Assembly (NCBI GenBank): GCA_963775685.1
Contig: CAVZJV010000014.1
Span: 832,001 to 896,000, forward strand
Length of the DNA stretch: 64,000 bases
Origin: Candidatus Bathyarchaeota archaeon
Lineage (GTDB): Archaea; Thermoproteota; Bathyarchaeia; Bathyarchaeales; Bathycorpusculaceae
Reading direction: 5' to 3'
Position 1 is the stretch's first letter, and each line of letters begins with the position of its first letter. Position numbers and translations under genes: made by a program. Positions 9,050 through 19,507 of this stretch are shown here, piece after piece. The notes below the pieces were generated by a model. The model was not told the DNA's origin. It saw nothing but the letters and a program-made list of their open reading frames with translations, and did no database searches.

Positions 9050-12000
9050 TTAATCTGCTACAGGCAGAGTTATGGTGAAAGCAGTGCCTTTACCCAGCTC
9101 ACTTGTAAACGCGATGGTGCCGTCCTGTGCCTCCATCAAACGTTTACAAACCGCCAACCCAAAACCCTGACCTTTAGATTTTGTGGTAAACAGAGGCTTG
9201 AAAATCTTCGCCCTAACCTCCTTAGGTATACCATTACCGTTATCCAAAACACTAAGCAGCATTTTTCCATCCATTGCCTTTGCCTTAATCGCGATTTTTC
9301 CGCCGTTTGGCATAGCTTGGACGCTGTTATTAAGCAGGTTAGTGAGCGTACGTTGCAGATAAGATAGGTCAGTTAATATTTTCGGAAGTTTTTTTGGGGT
9401 TTGCGTAGTCACGTGGATGTTTTCTGGAATTTGAACCATCGACAAAGCCTTTTTTATAACGTCTCTTAATTCGTAGACTTTGATTTCTGGGCATAGTTTT
9501 TTGGCGTAGTCTTGCAGGTCGGCGACGATTTTGTTTATGTAGTCGGTTTGTTGTTCAATCAAATTTATGCTTTCTAGTAAATTCTGTTTTGATTGGTTTT
9601 CCGGCAGAGTTTTAAGTTCTTCTTGAGCTAAGTAAACTGCTCCAATGATTGCTTGCAGTGGATTACGGATGTCATGCCCAATCATGCCCGCTGTTTCGCC
9701 GATTCCTGCTAAACGTTCAGCTTTTGTTAGCTCCTCTGTTTTTTCCTTAACAAGTTTTTCTAACTGTTCGGAGTGTTGCTGTAAGTCTTGCTCCATTTTT
9801 TTGATTTCCGTAATATCGGTCATGACGCTTACAGCTGAGGTTACCTGGTGATTGATAATTTCTGGGGCTATCGTATACTTGAATGCTTTAAAACCGATGG
9901 AGCTCTGCAGGTTGAATTCGCCTGTTTGCTGTTTTTTAGTTTTGAATGCATTCATCAAGGATTCATCTAATTGGTTTGCCAATGGCTTTAGCTCCTCTAT
10001 CTGCTTGATTGCTTTGCCAAGCATCAACTTAGGGTTAATACCCATAGCATTTTGGACGGAAGGGCTAACATAAATAAATTGTAAGGTTTTGTCGAATCTA
10101 CTGATTATTTCTGGAGCGTTCTCTGTTAAAGTGCGGTATTTCTCTGCTTCGATCAAGATTTTGTTTTGTGCCTTCGTTAAATCGTCAATATCTATGAATG
10201 AAATTACTGCGCCACCAATCTTTTTTTCTTCAGTAATGTATGGTCTAATCCGCAATTCATACCAACGGCCTTTCTGGTCTTGGAAGGTGGTGTTAATGAC
10301 GCTTAGCCTATTGATTACTTCTACTAAAGTTTTTTCTAAATTCTTAAAAGGAATGTCTAATCGAATGGTTGTAATTGAGCGACCAACATCTGAAGGAATA
10401 AGTCCCAAAATAGTTTGGGTTTCAGGCGTAAACCGCCTAATTTTGAATGTGTTGTCAACCATTATCATTGCGATGTCCATATTTTTGATTGTGTTGGATA
10501 AATCATCATTTGATTGTGCAAGGTCGGCGTTTCGGGTTTTTAGTTCATCGTTTAGTGTTTTTAGTTCTTCGTTGGTAGATTGGAGCTCTTCTTTTGCGGT
10601 TTCGAGTTCTTCGTTTGTGCTTTGCAGTTCTTCATTGCTGGATTGAACTTCTTCCATGGCGGCGCGTAATTCTTCGTTAGTTGCTTCTTGCTCCTCTATT
10701 ATTGTCTGGAGCGATTGTTTACTGGAGTCTAACTCGTCACGAATTTCTTTAAGTTGTAACTCTTTTTTTATTCTCTCGCTTTCACTTTGCTTTTCAGGTC
10801 GTCCCACCATGGGCTGCACAATGTTATGCTTGTTTTCTCTAAGTAAAACAAGGAAGAAGAGGTCTTCGAAGTTTTTGTTTTTTAAAGGCAGAACCTCAAT
10901 AGTTACTGTTTTTGTGTCTCCATTAGTTTTGAACTCTACCGTTTCAATGGTTATTTGTTTATCCTCTTTTTTTGCCCTATAAATGCCTGTTTCAATTTCA
11001 AGCTTTAACTCTTCCCGAAGCATTTTGCTAATGTTCAAGCTGGCAGCTCCTGCTTCAGGGAGAATATACGGCGCCATGTAACCTCGGAAAAGTAAGATGT
11101 CTAAATTCTTGTTAACTAGCATCATCGCTGGAACATATCTGGACATGACTATTTTGTCTACATCTTCTTTTAGTGTACTTATGGGGTCTTTTTTGGTTGT
11201 ATCTTTCAGAGGCATTTTGGTTGAGATTTGGAAAGCGTCAAAGCCAAAATTTACTTGGCTCTGTGCTCTCTTTTTAATGAAAACTGAGCTTCTCTTCTCT
11301 AATGGAACAAAGAGGTCGGTGAATTTGCCGATGCTTTCAGATTCACCCAAAACTAGAAAACCGCTTGGTTTTAACCCATAATGCAATATTGGAATTAGCT
11401 TTTCTTGGAGGAGGGAATCAAAGTATATGAGGACGTTGCGGCAGCAAACCATATCAATGTTTGAAAAAGGAGGGTCCTTAGTTAGATCCTGTTTTGCGAA
11501 GATGCACAGGTCACGTATAGACTTTTTTATTTGGTAATTTCCATTTGACTTGACGAAAAATCTCCGTAGACGTTCCTCCGAGACATGTGCTTCAATACTT
11601 TTAGGGTATAGTCCCTTTCGGGCTTTTTCAATATTTTTATCGTTAACATCTGTTCCGAAAACCTGAACAGTTACGTCTGCGATGGACTTTGATTCTAAAA
11701 ATTCTTGAAGTGTAATGGCAACTGAATAGACTTCTTCACCTGTTGAACAGCCAGGTATCCATATGCGGATTGGTGAATTAGTAGTTTTGATTTTTAGTAA
11801 TTCGGGATAAACTTTTTCCTTTAACAAGTTGAAGGTGACTGGTTCTCGGAAAAAGCTTGTAACGCCAATGAGCATGTCATCAAATAATGCTTGCAGTTCA
11901 ATCGAATGTGACTTTAGATATTCAACGTACTTGTTGATGCTGCCAATTTGGTTTATGACCATGCGGCGAGTTACTCGCCTGTTAATCGTCGCTGCCTTAT

Positions 12001-12772
12001 AATGCGTAAAATCAACGCCGAATGCAGATTTAAGAAGCGTAAAAACTGTTTGGTTTTCCATTTTCCCAATTTTAGATTCAACAGCTTTTACTTCGGCTGG
12101 TAAAATCTCCGGGCTTTTAGCTATACGGGCTAGTTCTTTTGCTATTTTTTCTGCTGACAAAATAAAGTGTACGCTTTCAGCAGTTATGGCGCTTTGTGGC
12201 ATACCTGGGTACTGGGCAGTTTCTGGGTCTTGAACAAAAGTAATTCCACCTTCCGCATTGATTGCTCTTAAGCCTTCTGTTCCATCTGTACCTGTTCCAG
12301 AAAGAATTATCCCAATTCCCTGACTCTTTCTCTCTTTAGCTAAAGAAATTAGAAAAACATCAATGGTTCTAGGATTTTGAAGGCGAGGAAGGAGCTGAAG
12401 AAGGCCTCCGTTAATCGTCATGTTTTTGTCGGGAGGAATCACATAAACATTGTTTGGTTCCACTTTCATTCCATTCTTTACTTGGTAAACGGGCATAGAA
12501 GTGGACCGAGAAAGAATTTCCGTTAGCATGCTAGATTGTCCAGGCAGTAAATGCTGTATAACCACAAACGCCATTCCAGTGTCATTGGGCATATTGTCCA
12601 GAAGCAACCTCAAGGGGTCTAAACCGCCAGCAGAAGCGCCGATGCCAACTACAGGAAAACTTGGGGAAACTGATTTAGCTTCATTTAATTTGTTGTTGCC
12701 TGAGATGTGTGGCTCTTCCAAAATAGCTGTTGCCTTATCTTTCATTTCATTTTTGTCTGTTGTAATGCCCAA
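9050..12772 (-). CDS. CheB methylesterase-CheR methyltransferase-coiled coil-PAS-histidine kinase fusion
   Basis: GIGASAGG/IQHL/LSGTGTDG (CheB); VTSFFR, GCSTGEE, CRNVLIY (CheR); NEELQS repeats; PAS; GHDIRNPL and GQGFGL kinase motifs. Confidence 0.92.
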   Translation of the reverse strand: MGITTDKNEMKDKATAILEEPHISGNNKLNEAKSVSPSFPVVGIGASAGGLDPLRLLLDNMPNDTGMAFVVIQHLLPGQSSMLTEILSRSTSMPVYQVKNGMKVEPNNVYVIPPDKNMTINGGLLQLLPRLQNPRTIDVFLISLAKERKSQGIGIILSGTGTDGTEGLRAINAEGGITFVQDPETAQYPGMPQSAITAESVHFILSAEKIAKELARIAKSPEILPAEVKAVESKIGKMENQTVFTLLKSAFGVDFTHYKAATINRRVTRRMVINQIGSINKYVEYLKSHSIELQALFDDMLIGVTSFFREPVTFNLLKEKVYPELLKIKTTNSPIRIWIPGCSTGEEVYSVAITLQEFLESKSIADVTVQVFGTDVNDKNIEKARKGLYPKSIEAHVSEERLRRFFVKSNGNYQIKKSIRDLCIFAKQDLTKDPPFSNIDMVCCRNVLIYFDSLLQEKLIPILHYGLKPSGFLVLGESESIGKFTDLFVPLEKRSSVFIKKRAQSQVNFGFDAFQISTKMPLKDTTKKDPISTLKEDVDKIVMSRYVPAMMLVNKNLDILLFRGYMAPYILPEAGAASLNISKMLREELKLEIETGIYRAKKEDKQITIETVEFKTNGDTKTVTIEVLPLKNKNFEDLFFLVLLRENKHNIVQPMVGRPEKQSESERIKKELQLKEIRDELDSSKQSLQTIIEEQEATNEELRAAMEEVQSSNEELQSTNEELETAKEELQSTNEELKTLNDELKTRNADLAQSNDDLSNTIKNMDIAMIMVDNTFKIRRFTPETQTILGLIPSDVGRSITTIRLDIPFKNLEKTLVEVINRLSVINTTFQDQKGRWYELRIRPYITEEKKIGGAVISFIDIDDLTKAQNKILIEAEKYRTLTENAPEIISRFDKTLQFIYVSPSVQNAMGINPKLMLGKAIKQIEELKPLANQLDESLMNAFKTKKQQTGEFNLQSSIGFKAFKYTIAPEIINHQVTSAVSVMTDITEIKKMEQDLQQHSEQLEKLVKEKTEELTKAERLAGIGETAGMIGHDIRNPLQAIIGAVYLAQEELKTLPENQSKQNLLESINLIEQQTDYINKIVADLQDYAKKLCPEIKVYELRDVIKKALSMVQIPENIHVTTQTPKKLPKILTDLSYLQRTLTNLLNNSVQAMPNGGKIAIKAKAMDGKMLLSVLDNGNGIPKEVRAKIFKPLFTTKSKGQGFGLAVCKRLMEAQDGTIAFTSELGKGTAFTITLPVAD

Positions 12773-13374
12773 AATCTTACCTCCTAAAAATGAAGCTATA
12801 AACTTTCTCCTTGTTATGAATGGCAGCGTTCAGGCTATATAAGTTGAGTGTACAAAACTATAGTTAGAAAACGTCCATTTTCCAAAATTCAGCTTCAACA
12901 AAATTCAACCCATCAATTAAAGCGTTCTCACAAATGATGAACGAAAGAAACGCAGTGCGTTTTAAACACATTTCAGTGGTTTAGTTCAAAAAGGAAGAGT
13001 TAAGCGAACCAAGCCATGCGCCAACTGGATAAGCTTAAAAGGCAGGATGTTCATCAGCCTTCTCCTTGTCGGCAGCCGAATCCGCTCAACTTTTGTTGGC
13101 TATCCCTTGCATTCCTACTTATTGGTAACTCGCCTCAAAAATATAAGGAAATGTTGGTTACAGTATGATGTAACAACTACGAATAAGCACGACTTTCTAA
13201 AAGCATTCTTTTTGAATCTTGCCAGTTAATGCTTCAAATACTGAACATGAGTGTTGAACCTTTATACAAATTTAAAATCCAAATATCCAAGATAACGCAT
13301 TATGAAAGGAATATTATAAAATGGCATGCATGCAAGCTTCTAATAGTAGTCAACAAAACAGGCCATTATGGGTC

Positions 13375-13610
13375 CTTACAGATAAAGAAGAGACATTTAC
13401 CTACCTAAAAGAACTATTAGCCTCTGCAACGAGTTATTGCCTTTTTCTGCGTCCTTGAAAAACCAAAAAACAGCGATCCCGCGGACTATCGAGTACACAT
13501 TAAGGGTACAATTCATGATGACCACGAACAAAGAACAAGAGACATAGCTAAAAAAACACAATTTAACTGTTTAGAAAGATGCAGGCAATGTTGCCGTAAT
13601 AAAGCCTAAA
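13375..13610 (+). pseudogene. Relic of a small hypothetical protein
   Basis: Reads across frameshifts as DKEETFTYLKELL/LCNELLP/EKPKNSDPADYRVHIKGTIHDD..DIAKK; several disruptions. Confidence 0.35.
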
Positions 13611-13738
13611 CCACCTCTTCAACGTCTTAAGAAAATGATTCCGGCCAATGTTGATGATTGGTTAGAGTGCAATTCATCATCCACTAGAAACATGTAGCGT
13701 TTATTGATAGGCAGTACACAAATGTTTTCGAAGATACA

Positions 13739-14199
13739 ATGAAACTCCTCCAAAGCCATAATCGCCTTAATCAACCTAATAATCATCGCCGTAACCCTCT
13801 CCACAGTAGCATCATGTGTCCTCATCGCCAAACAAAACATGTCAAACGGTGGAACAATCGGCAATAACATTACAGGCGCATTCAACATAGAGACCTTTAA
13901 CTAACTAAACGCAACTATAAACCACACAAACATCGATTGGGAACAAATAAATCCAGTCGACACTGCAACCAAAACCATCTATATAAAAAATACAGGCAAT
14001 ATCTCCAAAACGCTAAGCATGACAGAAATAAAATAGAATCCCTCAACTGCCACCTCAAAAGTTTTCTTAAAATGGAGTCTAGAAGGCATATCTTTAGCGG
14101 CAGGAAGTTTTGCCTGCAACATTATACCCTTGCACTACATTCGACATAGGCGACTTATTAGACTTCAGTTTCAACTTGGTTATTTCCAGCTCTGGTTAA
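13739..14199 (+). pseudogene. Relic of a small secreted beta-rich protein
   Basis: Hydrophobic leader, IDWEQINP..TKTIYIKNTGNISKTLSMT..WSLEG..FSFNLVISSSG; in-frame TAA/TAG and indels. Confidence 0.55.
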
Positions 14200-14379
14200 A
14201 AGCCTAACCTTAGGTTGAATATTTATAGGCCACTAATTATGGGCAATTGTAAGTGGAAAATGTAATTGTGGAAAATTCACCCACCGCTGACCCCTCATTA
14301 ACCTTAATAAAAACAAACACGTTAACATCTTTAATTCATATATCCGAAAAGATTATGGAGCAGAGGGGAAGAAGAAAAA

Positions 14380-14553
14380 ATGGGTCAAAACGAGAAAAGA
14401 ATTGAAGTTAGTGATAGAAAGAACTACCGAATTGATATAGGCGCTTATGGCAGCGTAGCCATAGAAGCCCCAACGAAAGATGAATGTTTAGAATTATTTA
14501 AAGAAGTTACCCGAACCAAAAGAGATTCAAGGCTAGACGAAGCTATACGATAA
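14380..14553 (+). CDS. Small hypothetical protein (57 aa)
   Basis: MGQNEKRIEVSDRKNYRIDIGAYGSVAIEAPTKDECLELFKEVTRTKRDSRLDEAIR; purine-rich GAGGGG upstream; below the ORF-track cutoff. Confidence 0.55.
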   Translation: MGQNEKRIEVSDRKNYRIDIGAYGSVAIEAPTKDECLELFKEVTRTKRDSRLDEAIR

Positions 14554-14760
14554 CTTAAAAATAGAAATTCTTGCTATTATTGTTTATAGCGATTTTGGAA
14601 TTAGTTCGCAGCGTTTTTTTTATTCTTAAAACGGTTCATGCGAGATTATGGTGTAGGTGTTTGTGATGGCAGAGGATAGTTACTCTGTTTTGAAGAGACG
14701 AACGAGGAGAGTCATCCAATACTTCAGGACAAGGATATTAACTTTCGCAGTAACAGTAAA

Positions 14761-16434
14761 CTATAGATACGCATCGGTTACGTAGCGGTGCATCATTCGG
14801 TGGCTGTTAAAATAGTACGCTATTTTGCCGATTGAGTTTTTCATTAGTTTTATCCATTCGTCACGTTGATTGTAGAATTTTGGCAAGATGACGTATTCCA
14901 GCTTGTTGTACAAGTCAGCTTTTTCTTTTAGGAAACAATTCTGGTCATCTATATTCTCGGATGGATGCGGACCGATCGCCCAGCCTGTTAGATTTTCTAT
15001 CCAGCCTTCAATCCACCAACCATCGAGAACACTGAAGTTTATGACTCCGTTGTGGGCAGCTTTCATCCCGCTAGTTCCAGAAGCCTCCATCGGCCGCAGC
15101 GGTGTATTTAACCAAACGTCAACACCTCCAATCATTTTGGCCGCAATATCCATATTATAACCTTCCAAGTAAACTATTTCCACATCGCCCTTGAGTTGGC
15201 GACCAAAACCATAGATTTGTTCAATTAGGCGCTTTCCGCCTTCATCCCTCGGATGCGCTTTTCCAGCAAAAATGACTTGTAACTTGCGCTTGCGACTTAT
15301 TGTTCGTAACCTGTCAAGATTTGAAAAAAGTAAAGTAGGACGTTTATATTCAGTGGCCCTTCTGGCAAATCCAAGTGTAAACATATCAGCGCTCAGATTA
15401 GCGTTTGTCGATTGGTTAGCGTAGTTGATCAGTAACTTCTTTTGTTCTTCGTGCGCCTGCCAGATTTCCTCATCTGGGACAAGGTCAACTTTAGCAAGCA
15501 ATTCTGGTTCGATTGCCCAGCCTGGCAGGTATTTATCGAAGAGTTTTCGATATTTTTCGCCTGTCCACGTAAAAGAGTGGACGCCATTGGTTACTGCGTG
15601 AATTTCATAGCCCGCGAACATTTTGCTAGAGGTTTCTTGGTGTCTTTTAGCGACTCCGTTAACATAGTTACTTAGATTCAACGCTAAACTGGTCATGTTT
15701 AATTTTTCAGAGTTGCCATACTCCCGCAAAGTAACTAAGTCGGCGGTTCCTAACACTTCCCTAACCAAATCGTAGCTGAATTTGTCATGTCCTGCTTCCA
15801 CAGGAGTGTGCGTGGTAAAGATACAGAGCTGCTTAACTTTCTCTGGATCCGAGTTGTTCTTACGGAAAAGCTCAACGGCCAAAAGACTCGAGTGCCCCTC
15901 ATTCATATGGTATTTTCTTACCTTAAAGCCCAAAGCATCAAGCATCCGCACTCCACCAAAACCCAAAATGGTCTCCTGCTTTAAGCGGTACCGCTCGTTT
16001 CCTCCGTAGAGGTAAAAAGTTATTTCTCTATCCTCAGGAATGTTTTCGTCACAATCCGTATCTAAAAAAACAACTGGAACAACTCCGCCTGTGACACTTT
16101 GGTACTTGTAAATCCACGCCCTAACCTTTACGTTTCGCCCTTCGATTTCCACGTAAACTTCGTTTGGGGCAAGAATCATGGTTTTTTCAGGGTTCCATTC
16201 TCGGGGTTGCTCTGATTGCCTTCCGTTCTGGTCAATTTTTTGCTTAAAGTAATTCCTTTTACTAATCAATGTGACGGCGACAAGGGGAAGTTTAAGGTCG
16301 GCGCTTGAACGGATGGCATCTCCCGCCAGAGTACCTAACCCGCCAGCATACGTCGGAATCTCATTGGTTAAGCCCACTTCCATAGAGAAATACGCTATTT
16401 TTTGTCCTTTTAATACGCCCTCTAATTCATTCAT
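14761..16434 (-). CDS. glgP: Alpha-glucan phosphorylase, short form (557 aa)
   Basis: IAYFSME, YAGGLGTLAGD, HMNEGH, FTTHTPVEAGH and EASGTSGMKA. Confidence 0.95.
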   Translation of the reverse strand: MNELEGVLKGQKIAYFSMEVGLTNEIPTYAGGLGTLAGDAIRSSADLKLPLVAVTLISKRNYFKQKIDQNGRQSEQPREWNPEKTMILAPNEVYVEIEGRNVKVRAWIYKYQSVTGGVVPVVFLDTDCDENIPEDREITFYLYGGNERYRLKQETILGFGGVRMLDALGFKVRKYHMNEGHSSLLAVELFRKNNSDPEKVKQLCIFTTHTPVEAGHDKFSYDLVREVLGTADLVTLREYGNSEKLNMTSLALNLSNYVNGVAKRHQETSSKMFAGYEIHAVTNGVHSFTWTGEKYRKLFDKYLPGWAIEPELLAKVDLVPDEEIWQAHEEQKKLLINYANQSTNANLSADMFTLGFARRATEYKRPTLLFSNLDRLRTISRKRKLQVIFAGKAHPRDEGGKRLIEQIYGFGRQLKGDVEIVYLEGYNMDIAAKMIGGVDVWLNTPLRPMEASGTSGMKAAHNGVINFSVLDGWWIEGWIENLTGWAIGPHPSENIDDQNCFLKEKADLYNKLEYVILPKFYNQRDEWIKLMKNSIGKIAYYFNSHRMMHRYVTDAYL

Positions 16435-16588
16435 CGCTTGTTTCCTCTGTTCCTGCTGGACATGCGCCCCCTCCGCCGCCGCTTAGCAGCATTAAATCCA
16501 TCCAAGCATGGGATTGCCTTTATCTACTTTTCCATAATCGATCAAATTCAAGCTTACAGCCAAAACAAAAAAAATAAGAAAATTCAAA

Positions 16589-17761
16589 TTAGGATGTTGG
16601 AGCGGGACGAGTACCCAAAACAACAGTTACCGATTCCGACGTGCTTCCTCTAACAATCGTTAGAACTAAACTGTCGCCAGGTAACGTGTTTTCTTCGAGG
16701 TAGCTTGCTAAGTCATCGTTGTTTTTGATGGTTTGCTGGTTAGTAATCGTGCCATTTGGACCTTGCACGCCCATGGCGATGATGATGTCGTTGGCTGAGA
16801 GTTTCCCTGCTGAAGGCCCTCCGGATGCCACTGAGGCGATTCTCCAGCCGTAAGTAACGCTTGCGCCGATATCTTTGGCTGAACTATAATCCATGTCTAT
16901 TCCTGTCACACCTAAATAGGAATGGCCTCGGTAGGAACCTGTTGTCATTAAAGCTGACACTTCTCTTAGAATTGTGTCTGATGGTATGGCAAAGCCTAAT
17001 CCCTGGGAGTCAGAAACTATCGCCGTAGTTATTCCTACTACGTTCCCAACAGCGTTGAGAAGCGGACCACCAGAGTTTCCAGGGTTAATTGGTGTGCTAG
17101 TCTGAATGATGTTGGCAATAGCATATCCTCCAGCAGTATCCTCGGTTATGGTTCGCCCGGTAGCGCTCACTACACCGGTGGTTAATGAGCCAACGAGTCC
17201 ATAGGGGTTGCCTATTGCAATAACTGGTTCGCCCACGCTAAGAGCAGATGAAGTTACAATTGTTAATGGTTTAAACTCTGAAGCAGGGGCATCAGAGGAA
17301 ACGGAAACTACAGCTAAATCAGAGTATGGATCTTCTCCAAGAACGGTAGCTGAGTAGCCATGCCCATCAGAAAATGTAACGCTTAAACTGGTGGTACCCT
17401 GAACAACGTGGTAATTAGTTAACACAACAATTCGATCAGAAAAACTGTACACAAATCCCGAGCCTTGGACGCCTCCATCGCTGGTTTCGCCCATAACCAA
17501 AACCACCGAAGATCGAACATCAGCGTAAATCTCCGATAGCGATGTCCCATTCTGCAATATGGTGATGCTTTGATTGGTGGAGTTTTGGAAACCCCTAAGA
17601 TTGGATACCTGACTTTGCAAAATTGAAACCTGGCCATTTAGATTGGAGACTTGCTGATATTCAACAAAGAAAATAAGAAGCCCTCCAACGAGCAATCCTG
17701 CTACAAAGAGTAGTACAAGGATGCTGGCTGAGGCTCTGCTGTAGCCTTTAGACGTTAACAT
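16589..17761 (-). CDS. htrA: HtrA/DegP-like membrane-anchored serine protease with PDZ domain
   Basis: N-terminal TM; GSGFV, TNYHVV, SDLAV and INPGNSGGPL triad motifs; C-terminal PDZ. Confidence 0.9.
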   Translation of the reverse strand: MLTSKGYSRASASILVLLFVAGLLVGGLLIFFVEYQQVSNLNGQVSILQSQVSNLRGFQNSTNQSITILQNGTSLSEIYADVRSSVVLVMGETSDGGVQGSGFVYSFSDRIVVLTNYHVVQGTTSLSVTFSDGHGYSATVLGEDPYSDLAVVSVSSDAPASEFKPLTIVTSSALSVGEPVIAIGNPYGLVGSLTTGVVSATGRTITEDTAGGYAIANIIQTSTPINPGNSGGPLLNAVGNVVGITTAIVSDSQGLGFAIPSDTILREVSALMTTGSYRGHSYLGVTGIDMDYSSAKDIGASVTYGWRIASVASGGPSAGKLSANDIIIAMGVQGPNGTITNQQTIKNNDDLASYLEENTLPGDSLVLTIVRGSTSESVTVVLGTRPAPTS

Positions 17762-17806
17762 ATGAGTTCCTTGAAAAAGGATTAGCGAATAAGAAAATAA
17801 AAGTTG

Positions 17807-18811
17807 CTATAGCCTTCTGTCAATAAGATCCAAAGCATCGGGACCCGTGCCGATAAACACAATGGGCACACCTGTTCGGGTTTCTACCTCTTTGATAAAG
17901 TCTTTTGCTTCCTTAGGTAAGTCACCATATTTTCTGGCTCCTTTGCAGCTTGGATATATGCAATCCAGTTTTGTCATTGCACCTTGTGTAGCACCGTTTA
18001 TTTTGGCGTTTTTCTTAGCTAAGTCAAAGTCGAAGGGTGCACTGCGCCGTTCGCGTCCTGTTCCTGCTGCAACTTCAAACCATCCCCGCTGCAGGGCTTC
18101 TTCTTTGGTTATTTCCCCAGGTAACGGTCCAGCGCCCACTCGGGTAATGAAGGATTTGTAAACGATAATTACATCATCAACTCTTGTAGGTCCTACGCCT
18201 GCTTCTGAGGCAATTGCTGATGCACCCGTGTCTCTTCCAGTTACGTAAGGGTAGCCACCACCAAGGAAAAGCGATAACATAAAACCCTGTGTACCTTCAA
18301 GAAGCACTTTCTTGCCAGCGTCTAATCCATCATTAACCTCCGCTATTTCGTCAGCAAGGAAAGGTTTGAGCTCAGGAATATCTTTGGCAAGCTTTGCTGT
18401 GCGTCTTACGCGTTCTTCCAGGGCTGGCCCAACTCCTCTACCCGTGGTACCAATACCCTTGTTTACTGCGCTTGCTTTGTCTTGTTCGCCGTGTTTCTGC
18501 TCAATTATCGAAGCGTTCATGTCTACGCCCATCCGTCTTTGGTCAACTTGAGTGAGCAATACTTCGTCAAAGAATGTTTTAACATCGACATTTGCGCCTG
18601 CAGCGATTAGAAGGCGTGTTTTTGGATTTATGAAGGCAGCAGGAACCATATGTAGAGCGTATTTTTTGCCTTTAAACCAAACGGTGTGGGCAGCATTCAC
18701 TGAGCCAGTTCGAACACAGAAATCAACATTATCTTTCAGGGACAAGTACGAGATTATTTTTCCTTTTCCTTCGTCTCCCCAGAAGGCACCAACAATTACT
18801 GAGCAAGGCAT
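17807..18811 (-). CDS. purA: Adenylosuccinate synthetase (short archaeal type)
   Basis: GAFWGDEGKGK, GIGTTGRGVGP, EGTQG, TRVGAGP and TKLD. Confidence 0.95.
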   Translation of the reverse strand: MPCSVIVGAFWGDEGKGKIISYLSLKDNVDFCVRTGSVNAAHTVWFKGKKYALHMVPAAFINPKTRLLIAAGANVDVKTFFDEVLLTQVDQRRMGVDMNASIIEQKHGEQDKASAVNKGIGTTGRGVGPALEERVRRTAKLAKDIPELKPFLADEIAEVNDGLDAGKKVLLEGTQGFMLSLFLGGGYPYVTGRDTGASAIASEAGVGPTRVDDVIIVYKSFITRVGAGPLPGEITKEEALQRGWFEVAAGTGRERRSAPFDFDLAKKNAKINGATQGAMTKLDCIYPSCKGARKYGDLPKEAKDFIKEVETRTGVPIVFIGTGPDALDLIDRRL

Positions 18812-18877
18812 AAACTTTCACCGTGCTATGTCAGTTCCAGAATTATTTAAAGCTGTAGGCTTTTTTAAACATTTACG

Positions 18878-19085
18878 TCATTTTTGGTTTTGTTTTTTGT
18901 CTTCGTTTATTAGTTCAGCTAAGCGGTATGTGACGTAGGCTGAGAAACTACGGATGCCCTTTTTTATAGACATATTCATCTTTGACTTTGAGCCATTCCT
19001 TGAAGAAATAGTCGTACACCTCAGTCTTCACAGTGATGCTTTTGTAGCCTTTTTTCGGCGTATTATGTTCCCTCTCTTCATTCAT
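18878..19085 (-). pseudogene. Small ribbon-helix-helix-like protein with one frameshift
   Basis: PKKGYKSITVKTEVYDYFFKEWLKVKDEY/IKKGIRSFSAYVTYRLAELINEDKK; one-base shift near 18970. Confidence 0.55.
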
Positions 19086-19185
19086 AGTAACCGAACGTAC
19101 ATTTATTTAAGTTTTAAGAAAGTTAACGGTTGTTCACCATTAATTATATATTCTAAGGTACCGTAAAGTACGGAAGGAGATCCAT

Positions 19186-19332
19186 TTGCCAAGAAAAGGT
19201 TACAAATGCATAACAGTCACAGATAAACTCCATCAAGAAATCCGAAAAAGATCAGGGGAAACAAACCGCACGATGAAAGAATACATTGAAGACCTCATGG
19301 CAAAGGAAAGAAAAACAAAAGAACCCAAATAA
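19186..19332 (+). CDS. Small ribbon-helix-helix-like protein (48 aa)
   Basis: TTG start with GGAGA upstream; MPRKGYKCITVTDKLHQEIRKRSGETNRTMKEYIEDLMAKERKTKEPK. Confidence 0.6.
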   Translation: MPRKGYKCITVTDKLHQEIRKRSGETNRTMKEYIEDLMAKERKTKEPK

Positions 19333-19507
19333 TTTTTGCCCTTTAAAGTTCTCCAGAAAAACTACCGAATAGCTGAAGTACATTTAATGGTAACTCATGC
19401 GGCAGAATGGCAAAGACCACCATAATTCCAATAAATGAATTTGAAGCTCAAAAAACAACAGAAATAACCTCATAGCAAAGCAAACAAGAATCACAAGCCA
19501 ACAGAGT

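Noticed and set aside
10560-10700. Periodic TTCTTC repeats
   Set aside because: These are the coding NEELQS heptads of the CheBR protein, not a CRISPR or DNA repeat array.
9038-12842. Numerous plus-strand ORFs opposite long genes, here and throughout the window
   Set aside because: Antisense shadow ORFs with no recognisable motifs.
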